20,000 nt of DNA from Vermamoeba vermiformis (Eukaryota): the NCBI GenBank assembly GCA_045837725.1, contig JBEWZL010000123.1, positions 433,110 to 453,109 of the forward strand, in the 5' to 3' direction. Below the pieces are notes generated by a model. That model was not told the DNA's origin. It made no database searches and worked only from the letters and a program-made list of their open reading frames with translations. A program made the position numbers and the translations under genes. The stretch's first letter is position 1. Each line of letters opens with the position of its first letter. This document shows positions 1-11,576 of this stretch, in pieces.

Positions 1-528
1 GGAAGATGAACTCTTGCCGCACAACGTGAAGCTTATTACGTCACGAGCCCTTGACAACTATGACCGTCCCTTCACCCACTCACTTAGTCTCACCGACTCT
101 GAGTTCAACCTTTACGTGTCTCATTGCTTCGACCTCAACAGGAGCAGAGATGTCAACAAAGTTTTCGAGGAAGACGATGTGAAACAGCGGATTGTAGAGC
201 TCCTTCCTGCCAAGGAGTTGCCAATTGTTCGCCTTTTAGTAGATGAAATCTCTCGTGCCACACTAGCAGCAGACGTGGAGGAGATTTTTGCCAAGTTTGA
301 AGGACAGCAGATTCAGACTTTGATTGCCGAAATTGGTACGTTCACCATCGAGGAGATAACGTGACTAACCATTTTTTAGTTTTGCCTAATCTGCGCAAGG
401 AGTTCAACAACATCGAGCAAGCGTTGAAAATCGTCTTTACTAGTCCATCGCTGCCAGAAATGTTTAAGAATGGAATTTCCTTTGAGCGGGCTTGTCGCTT
501 AAAATATCTGCTCAACTTGCCTTTGTAA
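1..528 (+). CDS. 3' end of an uncharacterised protein-coding gene (last two exons; start lies upstream of the window)
   Basis: Open frame from position 2 (EDELLPHNVK...). Intron 336-379 (GTACGT...CTAAC...TTTTAG) joins in frame to VLPNLRKEFNN...RLKYLLNLPL, stop TAA 526-528. No family recognised. Confidence 0.75.
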
Positions 529-584
529 ATACAGATTTTGTTAATTAAATAACACACGACGTAGCATTATTTATTATTTAAGCC

Positions 585-2623
585 ATGCAAAGCGTGCTTC
601 GTCGATTAGTTAGCCGTTCTGCGAGATGCAATTCCACATCAGGAACTCGAGGACGCGCAAGAGTTTATAAAAAGAATTTCTGGACGTGCTCTGCGCCAAA
701 ATTTGTTATGCTAGCAGGTGTTGGTGTTGTAGGGGTAAGCATAATTATCCATAATTTTTTAGAATTAATTCAGAAATTAAAAAAAACTCTCTGGATCCAA
801 CGTAGAAATAATCGTATTGTTTGCGTTTAGGCATTTTCATACAGCGCTCTAGCGCCAAATTCGCGTAATTTAGATTCCAAGACCTCTGTTATTAACCCAG
901 CGGTGCCAGATGCACAAAATTTGGATGTCAGCGAGGCAGGATTTCGCTGGGTTGATGTAACTGCAGCGAACTTTGACGCAGAGCTTAAAAGAGTAAGAAA
1001 AACCTGCTTTGATTTGAGGCTAATCTCAATGTCCAGTTCAAACAACTCCTTCCGGAAGCCTTTTTAGTCTCAGTTGACACCGAGTTTACTGGCCTTGAAG
1101 CAAGCGAAAAGAATCGTAGTACATGGAACGATTCAATTGCACAGCGCTACCGTAAAAATAGAGATAATTGCAGTCAATTTATGGCATTACAAATTGGTGT
1201 ATGTTTGTGGACCAGAAACGACAAGCAAGAGTAAGTCTGTGTTGCATGTCATTTCACTCGTATTAATGTGTTGCAGATATGTCGCATATCCATTTAATTT
1301 CTATGTGATGCCCAAGGACAAGAACTTCTTGGTTCAAGCATCGTCTTTGCGATTCCTCGCGGATAACCATTACGATTTCAACAAGACGTTTGGGGAAGGC
1401 AAGAAAAGTGTAAATGCTCGATATTGTACTCATCTGAGTATTTTTATAGGAATTCCTTTCTTGAACTTAGATGAGGAGACACAAAGAAAAGATAAAGTGC
1501 TCATACGCTCTTATGATAAAATTACGATTGGACCCAAAGAGGAGATCTTGTTGAACGATTTAGTGTAAGTATATGCACAAATAGCGACTTTACTTATCCG
1601 TGTAGCAAGGAAATATCTGCGTGGCGAGATACGGCAAAACCGGGTGATGTGTTAGAAATGCCCAACTTAACTGGATTTCAACGATTGTTGGCGTATCAAG
1701 AAGTAGACCACAGGTTGGAGGCGTGATGAATTATAATGTTTTGTCTGAACTAATAATTATCCGATCAGGTTTGACGACATCTACTTCGATTCAAAACGAA
1801 CAGGCCCGCAAGTCGTACTGAAGGTGTTAAAGATTACCAAAGAAGAAAAAGAGGATAGAAATAGACAAAAAGTTGAGGCTGCGCTCGTAAGTTTATTATT
1901 ACACGGCAGTACACGTGTTAAAGTTTTGACAGAAAAAAATCGATGAAGAGGTTGGCTTTACAAAGGTCATGAAGAGCATAAACGAACGGTCCAATCAATT
2001 CGTCGTGGTTGGACACAACATGTTCTTGGATCTGTTGCACTTCTACGACAAGTTCTACAAGCGCTTGCCGCAAGAGCTTCCCGAGTTCGTTAAAGAAACC
2101 AACCAATTATTCCCGCAGTACGTACCCGCGCGCTTCCGTGTATTTAGTACTTATATTCATATTTAAAGGGTTATGGATACAAAATACATCGCTATTAACG
2201 ACCCACAGATCTCGAGTGTAGTAAAAACAACGGATCTGGGCTTCTTGCATCAAAATATTGCCAAGTTCAGCACAAATAATTCTCCTAAGATAGGTAAGTA
2301 ATTGACGAGAAACAAAGACGTAAATGTAACGCGACAATTTTAGCCATCCCGTCAAACTTCGGTAGGGACAGTGGATCCGGTGTTTATCACCAAGCAGGTA
2401 ATACAAGATCAATAATAAGAATAAGGGGTATCTCACCCACAAATTGACAGGTTTTGACGCGTTTATCACGGGTTACGTGTACCTGCACATGCTACACACT
2501 CTTGGAGGCAACGCCTTTAATCGTGCTTCAATGATGGCCTTTGCTCCATATATGAACAAAGTGAATTTATCGATGTCGCGAGCTCCACTGGATTTACAAC
2601 CTGTGAGCAAAAACGAAAAATAG
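585..2623 (+). CDS. PARN: Poly(A)-specific ribonuclease PARN-like (CAF1/DEDDh exonuclease with R3H insertion), multi-exon
   Basis: Spliced translation gives PARN motifs in order: VDVTAANF, VSVDTEFTGL (ExoI), PFNFYVMP, QASSLRFLADNHYDFNKTFGEGIPFL, R3H-like LTGFQRLLAYQEV, VVGHNMFLDLLH (ExoII), MDTKYIA, HQAGFDAFITG (ExoIII). Stop TAG 2621-2623. An alternative last exon via GTGAGC at 2603 would only change the last few residues. Confidence 0.92.
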
Positions 2624-2860
2624 AATTCCAGATTTAAATTTGTGAGCACATCCACGCAAGCGGCTGTTAATTTTCAGAAATTAAATAAGAGCAATTATAA
2701 CAAATGACCATCGATCAACGAAGGTTGTTAGAATTGTAGCTTAACACATTTTATTTTTATGACAAGTTTCTGACGTTTTTACAATTTGTGGTTCGGTTCA
2801 GAAAACAGCAAATTATTCAGTTATTGTCGAGCCTTTCTCACGCTAAACACAACACAAGCC

Positions 2861-5799
2861 ATGGAGATAACAGGCCTTGCGTTGAAAGAAGCTGCGAACG
2901 TAGCTTCTGGCAAAGATCACGATGGTAAACTCATTTCGGCGTTAGCCGAATTTAAGACCAATTTATTATCATTTTACTTGTTCTTTTAACCTCGCAAATA
3001 TCACCTTATTTTATTTTAAAGTGATTAATCAGCTGAACTAACATTTTAATTTCGCTAGAATACGTCGTGTATCGAGACGATGCAATTTCTATTTTAAAGT
3101 AAGTTACAGTAACTTAATATTTATTACGCACTATTTTGTGATTTTCGTCTCACCACATAACTGACTTTCGCAAATCTCAGACACAAAAAACGAAGCAAGC
3201 TTGGTAGCCGAGTTTTATTTTTACGCTTGGCGTTTTTAGTTATCTATATGCTTGCTCTAGCACTGCAGCAAACTCCTGACCGGTACGTGTTTCGAAATCT
3301 AAAAAGTGCGCCAAACTAAGATCTCGCGTTGCTCAGCATTGCAAGCATTGTGAAGCCTGTTAGAGCGAATTGGGATCCTAGTTTTGACGGTATTAACAGT
3401 CCTGTAAGTTTGACAGTTGTCGTTAGCTGACAATTTTACTAACTGCAATTTCTCTGTACAGATCGATTGGTATAACGTAAGTAGGCAGCCCAAAAATTAT
3501 TTAAAATTAATTTCAACAATAGTGGATGAGAGGGACGTTTGCCGGAGTAATTTTTGTGGGCACAGATCCAAGCGGCCAACCGCTGCCTCCGCGAGAGATC
3601 AACTTGGTCGCGCAAGCGAGTAAACTCATGTCTCCTGTTGTCATTGAAAGGAATAACGGAGGAGAGGACAATTGTGATGGTAAATACACTGTTCTGTAGA
3701 AATTTTCAACAACTTTTTCGTAGGTCGGTTTGCGGATGTTTACCCTGAATGTTTCGATGACTCGTTCACAGGTAAAAATATGTTACTTCATGTTTAAATT
3801 TCTAAATATGTCGCTAGAGCTTGATCTTAACGTTGACGAAACGACTTTCAACTCGGTCACGTTCAACGACTCGTTGTTCTTAGTCTCCAGCGATTACAAC
3901 GTGATTATCATCCCCGGCAATGTTTCAGATCCCGTGGCGGTCAATTCAATGATCAGTGATTTGCAAAGTCGAAACTGGATTGATCGAACGACTCGTACTA
4001 TTCGTGTTTCATTCGTGTTGTACAACGGCAACTGGAACGTGTTCATCAGAAACGACTTGGTACGTCCATATAATGTTGCTAAGATCGACTATTAACTCAA
4101 TTCAGACCGTTCTATTCACTACGTCCGGCACTGTGCGAAAAGAAATGTTGATTTCACCTGCCAAATTGGAACTGTACGAAGATCGAGTAGACAAGTTCCG
4201 TGGATTTTTGGAAGTATTTTTGCTTCTCGCTATCATTGGCTTCATGGTGTTTGAAATGCACTTCGTTCCGTTGAAGAGAAAAAAGCCGTTCTGGAGACCC
4301 GAAAATGTTGATAAGATGCTTTGGTTCTTGGTAAGCGTTGATCGTTATTTATGCGTGCTGTTGTGCTAATGTCTATCAGCTCACTCTTTCCTGCGCTGCT
4401 TTGTGGTGCGCTATCATCGGTGTATTCGACGCCGTAGTCTTCGACCCAGCTACTCTGTTGACCGACATTGAAGAAACCAACGGCATTTTCTTGTCGATCA
4501 AGCTGTTCACTGCCTACCGAGTGTTGAGCGCGTTAAGTAAGAGTTTGATTTTATCGTATATCTTCCTTTCTTTTTCTGACTCGTTGACAGATTTGTTGTT
4601 CACCCTCTACTTGACTGTCAAGGACATGCGTCTGTCTACGAACTTGTCTCTTGTGTCGCGCGCTATTAATAGAGTAAGAATAACCTTTCCTGTATTTTTA
4701 GCGCTAACAAGAAGTTTAGGCTGCCGCTGACTTGGTGTTCTTCTTGTTCTTGTTCTTCGTAGTATTTTTCACCTACGCCTTCATCGGCTTTTACTACTTT
4801 GCCGAAGTTGACCCACAATTCAAGACTTACCTCGCTGCGATTGAGTCGCTGTTCCAATGGTTGCTCGGTCAAGTTATTTTTGACACGCTGTACAAAGAGA
4901 GTCCCGGTGTTGGTCACTTGTACTGCTGGGGCTTCGTCATTGTGTTGATTTTCTTGTTGGTAAGTAATTCGATACATTGTATTGTGCGACGTTTTCTCAT
5001 CTCTTGCAGTTCAACATGCTTATCGCTATCATTATCGATGCTTATGGCTTCGAAAAAGAACAAACCGCAAAACTCCGCAAGACCAAGCTTGGTATCATCG
5101 AAGAGTTTAAATCATTGGACGCCAAGCGCAGGAGGAAACAAATTCAGAAGGGCAAGCTCACCACTGATCAAATCTTGGAGCGATTGCAAGCTGAAGATAT
5201 GGAGCTTGAGCGCGTGTTGACGAAATCTGATTTGCAGCAAATCACGTAAGTGTTAGAATCCGTAAAAACAATCGCGAACTCGTTTCTAAGCGTGGTTTTA
5301 GCGACTGGAGCGAGGAGCAAATCAGCGCTTTCTTGAAGAAGTTTGGTGAAAAGAACACTGCTGGCAAGTTGAACCGCGATCAACAACAGTTGATGGAAGA
5401 GTTCGAAAAGCAAATGCAATATCAAATGGCAAAGATGCAGCAGGAAATTTTGGGTGCGTTCCTACACATATTTACCTAAATTTGACGATGAGTGCTAATT
5501 CGATGTAAAACAGCGCAAGTGGCCACGTGGTTGGGCAAGCCCGTTCCTGAAGCGAATATTCGTCCTATGCTCAGCCCGCGAAAGGTCGTTAGTCCGCGCA
5601 ACAATAATGCTTCGCCTGTGACCTTGGACGATAAGTAAGCTGATATGATTTACCGTGTCATAGTAATTAACGCTGTTTTTGTTATTATAGGAACATTCGT
5701 ATGAGTTTGATCAATCCTGTAACCGTCAAGAACCTGCAATCTGAGACTAAACACGACTCTTCAAGCTCTTCGAGCGACAACGAGGCAGACAACGTCTAA
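2861..5799 (+). CDS. Polycystin-2 (PKD2/TRPP)-like cation channel, multi-exon
   Basis: Polycystin-domain signature LQSRNWIDRTTRTIRVSFVLYNGNWNVF, hydrophobic TM segments, pore region FKTYLAAIESLFQWLLG, S6 FLLFNMLIAIIIDAY, and a coiled-coil-like C-terminus. Includes a 15-nt microexon at 3462-3476. Last exon 5691-5799 ends DNEADNV-TAA. Confidence 0.88.
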
Positions 5800-5950
5800 A
5801 TTTTTCTTTTTCATACGTTACTTTATTTAAATAAACTAATAAATTTAAGAAAATCTCGAAAGACAGATTCGGTTGGAATTCCATTTTTGACGTATGCCAA
5901 AATACGTGGTTCGTTTGTATATTATTTAAAGTTAACGCGCGATAGCAACA

Positions 5951-8484
5951 ATGGAGTCCGAGGAGAAGAGCGGAACCGAATCTGGCGATCTGCGTTGGGT
6001 ATTGGCCAAACCAGAAGGAGATCTTCCTCCAGTAATGTTCGGACATTCCGCTGTTATTTGGAAAGACTCAATGTATATTTTTGCTGGTTATTCTTTCGGT
6101 TATTGGCGAGATCTCTTTCATTATGATTTAGGTATGCCTCTACAATTTTTAAAAATATAATTACCTTTATCTTTACGTTAAATATTAAATGGCACGACGC
6201 GTGCGAATAATAATTTTCATTTTGAAATTAACGCTCAATTTTAAATTTGATTTGGCTGGAAATTTAATATTGTACAGTAAAAAACGAGTGGAACGATACT
6301 ACAAGAATTAAGAGCGAACTACCTGCGCATTTGGTTGGTCGACAATACCACACAGCGGTCGTTTATGAAGACCAGATGTGGGTTCTGATGGGCGCTGGGC
6401 CCGGACAAGTTTTAAAAGAGTTATTTACGTATAATTTCCGTAAGTTAAATACAGATTAAAGAGATCAAGTATTAATTTTCAAAGGAACTCACGCGTGGTC
6501 ACCCGTCCCAATCAACGACGATTTTCCTCCCATTCGTTATCTTCAATCGGCAGTTGTATATAAAGATGCGATGTGGATATTCGGAGGAAAATTGAACACG
6601 TACAATAACGATTGCGTGAACGACCTACACCGCTTCGATTTCAGTACGTGTCATCAAAGATCTGGCAATTTAAAACCTAACCGTTTCAATATAGAAACAC
6701 TTAAATGGACTGAAATTAAAGTCCCTGATTATCTTCGACCTGCGCAGCGTCGCACACATTCAGCAGTTATTCACAACGATTGCATGTACATATTTTCAGG
6801 CTGGAACGGCGTCGATTATTTCGATGACTTGTGGGAGTTTAATTTCGGTAAGTTAATTGAGACGCGTGATTAATATTAATTCTAATGCAATTCTACAGAA
6901 TTACGTCGCTGGTCCCTTGTACACACGCTCGGAGACAAACCAACGGGTCGTCAGTTGCACACCGGTGTCATGTACGACGGTGAAATGTGGGTGTTTGGCG
7001 GGTACGATTCACATGAATTCTACAACGACTTGTACAAATTCAACTTCGGTAAGATAATGATCAACTGACAATTAATAGCACTAACCTCGGGCAGAAACAT
7101 GCATGTGGACTAAATTCGAACTCGATCACAAACCTGGTCCGAGAAATGCACACTCAGCAGTTGTTTATGAAGGTGCAATGTACATATTAGGAGGAAACAA
7201 CTTCTTTGAGCCTGAGGATTCGCTGTGGAAATTAGGTAAGTAAATTGTTCGATACGGTCTTCGGCTAGGGATTAATGAACTTTAGAATTGCCGCATCGAC
7301 AACGCTTCTCTTTGAACGAACAATTAACAAATGATTTTCATGGATTACTCAACAACCAGCGTATGACGGACATACACTTGACCATCAACGGCAAAGAGTT
7401 TCAATTGCACCGATTTATGTTGTTGGCACGATGTCCGAAATTCCTGCAGCTTGCAGAGTCAGACAAATTGCTGCACTTCGACCTGTTCGTGGGTGAAGAG
7501 GGTGCCGAGTTACTTGAAAACGTGATCGACTTCATTTACACGGATCGACTGTCCGTGTTTCGAAAAGCAAATTGGGAGACATTGTTTGAAGTTTTGGAGT
7601 TTGCTCAAAGCATCAACTTTGACCAGCTTGTGCATGCCTGCGAGTACATGATTTCAGCGCGTGCCCGAGTGGACAACATTAACGAGATCGAAGCTCGTGC
7701 TGCCGGGGCACCCAACTTGTTGGCCTGGTACGTTTACGCGAGTGTTGTCATCCTATTTTATTAATTAACACGATATAGGTGTAAATATTTCAGCGATAGC
7801 ACGGTTGATATGCGTGACCCTGCTCTTCTAGTCCCATTGTTGTTTGAACCGAAAGAACCCTCTGAAGAAGTGCGTTTGACTTACGAGCCAACTCTCGCTA
7901 AAGATATGCTGCGATTATACACTGACCAAGTACAAACCGACTTGACAATAGTAACCCAAGCACGTAGCTTTTCTGTGCATCGAACGGTTCTCCTTGCACG
8001 GTAAGAAAAAGTATAATAACGCTATATTAAGCGGTGCTGACAAATGTAGGTGTCCCTATTTCGAAGGTTTAATGCATTAAGTCAAAACACAGCAGAGAAC
8101 ATTAACCACGATTTGAAAATACCCGAAGAAGATTTTGAAACAATGTTGAAGTTCATCTACTCCTCTGAAGTGCACTTCAAGCCAGAGAGCTTCTTCTCCT
8201 TGATTGCTGAAGCTTCATTTTACATGATTGATTCTGAACAGTTCTACGAAGCATGCTTTGAGCATTTTGAGTCTCATATCTCACTGGAGAATATCTACAA
8301 TTTGTCCAAAATTGCAGCACAATTCCCCGAGATGACCACCGTTAAGAATTGCTTGCTGGAGTTTGTCAAGAAAAATTGGGCAACTGTGAGGCAGCAAATC
8401 AATGATTGGCAGGTTGGTTTACTAGATTCTCTAGATTGGACAAGAGCATTATGGGACTTCAAGAAAATAGAAGATGTAGATTAA
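5951..8484 (+). CDS. Kelch-repeat plus tandem BTB domain protein (LZTR1-like Cullin-3 adaptor), multi-exon
   Basis: Six Kelch repeats (GHSAVIWKDSMYIFAGY; YHTAVVYEDQMWVLMG; QSAVVYKDAMWIFGG; THSAVIHNDCMYIFSG; HTGVMYDGEMWVFGG; AHSAVVYEGAMYILGG) followed by two BTB domains (TDIHLTINGKEFQLHRFMLLARC; TDLTIVTQARSFSVHRTVLLARC). Confidence 0.9.
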
Positions 8485-8574
8485 TAAACGTAAAATCACT
8501 TACTGGTGTTACAGATTTTACTAATACTTAAAAAAAGTGACATTTGCCTGACCTGTTTTTCTTAATTATTCACC

Positions 8575-9295
8575 ATGGAAGATTGGCAAAATACACTTTC
8601 TTGGTGGGATACCAAATCCATTTGATGTGGATGGGGCCATGCTCAATCACATCAACAAAATGGACACAAACACCCTGCAAGAATAAATTTCTGTCTTATT
8701 GACAGTAAGTTATATCAGGCAGTCAAATTCACTGAGATCACAAAAGAATTGCTGAAGCCTGCAAATGAGATTGGCAACAACCTGAAGTTGGGAATTGACT
8801 TTGCACTAAAGAAAGTCAAAAACAAAAAGTGGGTTCCGTTGGTAAAGTAAGTAATCCGATCAATAGGTGTGTTTCAATTTGTAACTTATTTTTTGAAGAG
8901 TGTCAGAGAAAGAAGGCTCACTGGTTTGGTATGAAGACAGATGTAAGCGATCACATCTGCCTGTGTGATTTGTGTCAAAGAACACAAACTGAATATACAG
9001 TGGCCCCACTTGAGCATATAATTCCAGAGTATGTCTCAAATTATAGCATATTACTATTTTAATTAATGCTTATAAAATTAACAAGCTTCAATTTTTTAGG
9101 AAACCATTTGTCTGTTGGCAGATTGACTTCACGACAATTGCAGGACATGATGGCTATTTGTTAATTGTAATTGATTGCTTCAGCAAATACATATGGTTCA
9201 AATGGCTTGCAACCAAGGAAGCATCTGGCGTAACTGCATTTTTGCTCTCTATAATTAAGAAAGACGGTGCAAAGCCTCACATCATTCATGCATAA
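8575..9295 (+). pseudogene. Decayed retroviral-type (rve) DDE integrase with introns; Ginger/TDD-like DNA transposase remnant
   Basis: ATG at 8575 with an in-frame TGA at 8623. Zn-binding half HWFGMKTDVSDHICLCDLCQR. Intron 9029-9099 joins APLEHIIPE to KPFVCWQIDF...YLLIVIDCFSKYIW...KPHIIHA, then TAA (9293-9295) where the second catalytic Asp (SDNG) is expected. Confidence 0.85.
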
Positions 9296-10270
9296 TTAGG
9301 TTGGTGCTGAACAAAGTTGGAAAGTGCACATCCATGCACACAAGCAATTGTTTAGCCATCTTGTCTTCCACCTGTGGTTCTCGGATCTGCAACAGTTTGG
9401 CCTCTGCTAATTTGGGCTACCATCGTAAAAGTTAGTACATGAGTCCACTTCCTCATAAATAATGTACTAACATTTTTTTCACACCATAGTTTAATAAAGT
9501 AAGAGCAGCTGTGGACGAGGAATGCTGGTGTAACTCCAATGATGTTGTGATGGACCATGCTGTAAATTTTGGATGCTTTCTTGATTTTCTATGATGAACT
9601 TGTACAGGATCAAAGAAGCTAACCATTGATGAGGTAGGTATTACTTCGTCTCAAATTGACCCCAGATCAAACCCTTGCCAATGCTCAAAAACAAAATGTG
9701 AAGAAACAGTGAATGGAACTATTAAATGATGCTATGAAAATTAATTAAATCTGCCAAGGATCAAAACAAAAGATTTGTCATCCTCAAACTATTAGAATAG
9801 ACAGTGGACACATACCTTGCTAGTCAAACAGAAGAAGCCAAATAAATTTTGTCATGTGGGAAGAATTAAAACTTATCTATTTAATACCCACTTATTTCAT
9901 TTTCCTAGGAGTTAGGGGCATGATTTGAGGATCCACTAAGTTGATGAAAATCTCAAAAAGTAAAAAAGTTGTCAATTTTTTTGTGAAAATATTGTGCCTT
10001 CAGGTCAATATTAAAGGGATCTAGCAGATTTACCAAAACTTCAAGTTCATCTTCTGCGGTGTGCATCAAGATGCTGCAGCAGTGGTTGACATAACATGTA
10101 CATGTACATTTTACCTTTTGAAATTAAGTAATTTAGTTTGTGATTGAAATGGAGATTGACACAACTCCAACTTGTGAATTGATTTTCAATGCTGTTTGAA
10201 GTGAACCTGGTATTGACTGCTACAGTATTAGAACTCAGCAACGTTTGCGCATGCTCCAATACAAGCATAC

Positions 10271-10337
10271 GCATTTATATAGGGTCTAGGGTTATATATC
10301 ACATTGGGGTTAGCATTTTACAGGGTTAGGGTTATAT
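10271..10337. repeat. Imperfect direct repeat with telomere-like TTAGGG/CTAGGG words
   Basis: GCATTTATATAGGGTCTAGGGTTATAT (10271-10297) and GCATTTTACAGGGTTAGGGTTATAT (10313-10337). Confidence 0.7.
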
Positions 10338-10387
10338 TCTCCATCCGGATGAATCACCCTAAAAACCTTCTCTTTTTTTACTATTAA

Positions 10388-11028
10388 AATGCGAATGGGT
10401 TTACTAAATAATGCGCATGAGTTCTCTAATAATGCGCATGAGTTCGCTTAATTAGTACAAAATTGTACCAAGAGTACGTTGAAAAATAAAGTTTATTTTA
10501 CAGTTACAGTACGTTGTACATGAAATTTCTATGTCAATTCCCATTATATGGGATTTGATTCAACTCATTCGCATGTAGACATCAGCATGAGGACATTCGC
10601 ATGAAGACATCAGCATGAGAACATTCGCATGCTTCATCCGAATGACTGACACTAATGGGGCATGCGCATGTAAATTAAACATGCAAATGTATTTACTATC
10701 ATGCGAATGCAGTAACGGACTGTCTGCCATGCGAATGTACTCGCTGCCATGCGAATGCGATCACTTGACTGTCATGCGAATGTACCCGCTGCCATGGTGA
10801 TCACTTGACTGTCATGCGAATGCAATCACTGTCATGCGAGTGTAATCACTTGGCTTTCATGCGAATGCGTTGGGTTTCATGCGAATGCATTGGCTGTCAT
10901 GCGAATGGACTAACTCGCTGTCATGCGAATGCACAAGCTGGCTAACATGCGAATGCACTCCTTGGTTGTCATGCGAATGCTACGAGCAAGTATTAGTCTG
11001 ATGCTTGGCATTGCTCATCATGCTAATG
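10388..11028. repeat. Array of ~24 copies of a 10-bp quasi-palindrome CAT(G/T)CG(A/C)ATG in two opposed blocks
   Basis: CATTCGCATG at 10566, 10594, 10622, alternating with CATCAGCATG at 14-bp period. Perfect palindrome CATGCGCATG at 10661. Eleven exact CATGCGAATG copies between 10700 and 10979, with motifs mostly 20-28 bp apart, plus variants. Confidence 0.92.
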
Positions 11029-11576
11029 TACTGGGATGCTGAAACAAGTTAAGTCCAGCAGTGCGGAGTGACACGTGTCAAATATCTCACCTTTGCGCGG
11101 TGGCACATTCAAATACTCGTCGCTCAGTCGGCAGCGGAATTAACGCGGAACTTTGGTCTGGTGGTGTCAATCGGCTGTTCTCCAGTCTCGCTCTCCTGTG
11201 CCGTGCTGTCCTCACTCGTGCTATTATTAGCCTCAGTGGCACTCTCCGTCTCTTTCTTCACCACGCGCTTGGGTCGCATGATGAGTGCACGCGTGCAACT
11301 CTGCACCAGGGCACATTTCTCCGCAATCTCCGCACTCGAGATGACGGGTCAAGTACTCGCTGTGCTCGCTCAGCTACGTGCTGCTGTCACTGCGAGTGTA
11401 CTGTGGCCACCACGAGTAGAAATCGTTGCTCGTGCGCATGTGAAGCACCACCAAATAAACTAGAAAAAACAAGTAAATAAGAGTTTGAAGTAAATACATA
11501 CATAATATTTATTAATTGTTTTTGTTTTTTTTTTGAATTTGATATTAAATATATATATAAAATACTCGTGGACAAA

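Noticed and set aside
342-7057. Short - strand and off-frame ORFs over the host genes
   Set aside because: They overlap well-supported spliced + strand genes and show no recognisable motifs.
8500-10270. Terminal inverted repeats of the Ginger-like element (TGTTACAG at 8507)
   Set aside because: I could not find a matching inverted copy or target-site duplication in the window.
10281-10336. True telomere or telomeric array
   Set aside because: Only a few degenerate TTAGGG-like words at an internal position; kept only as a possible element boundary.
10560-11028. CRISPR-like array or the ORF 10615-10800
   Set aside because: The repeat is only 10-13 bp and the spacers are ~10-15 bp and related to each other. 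The ORF is simply a translation of the repeat.
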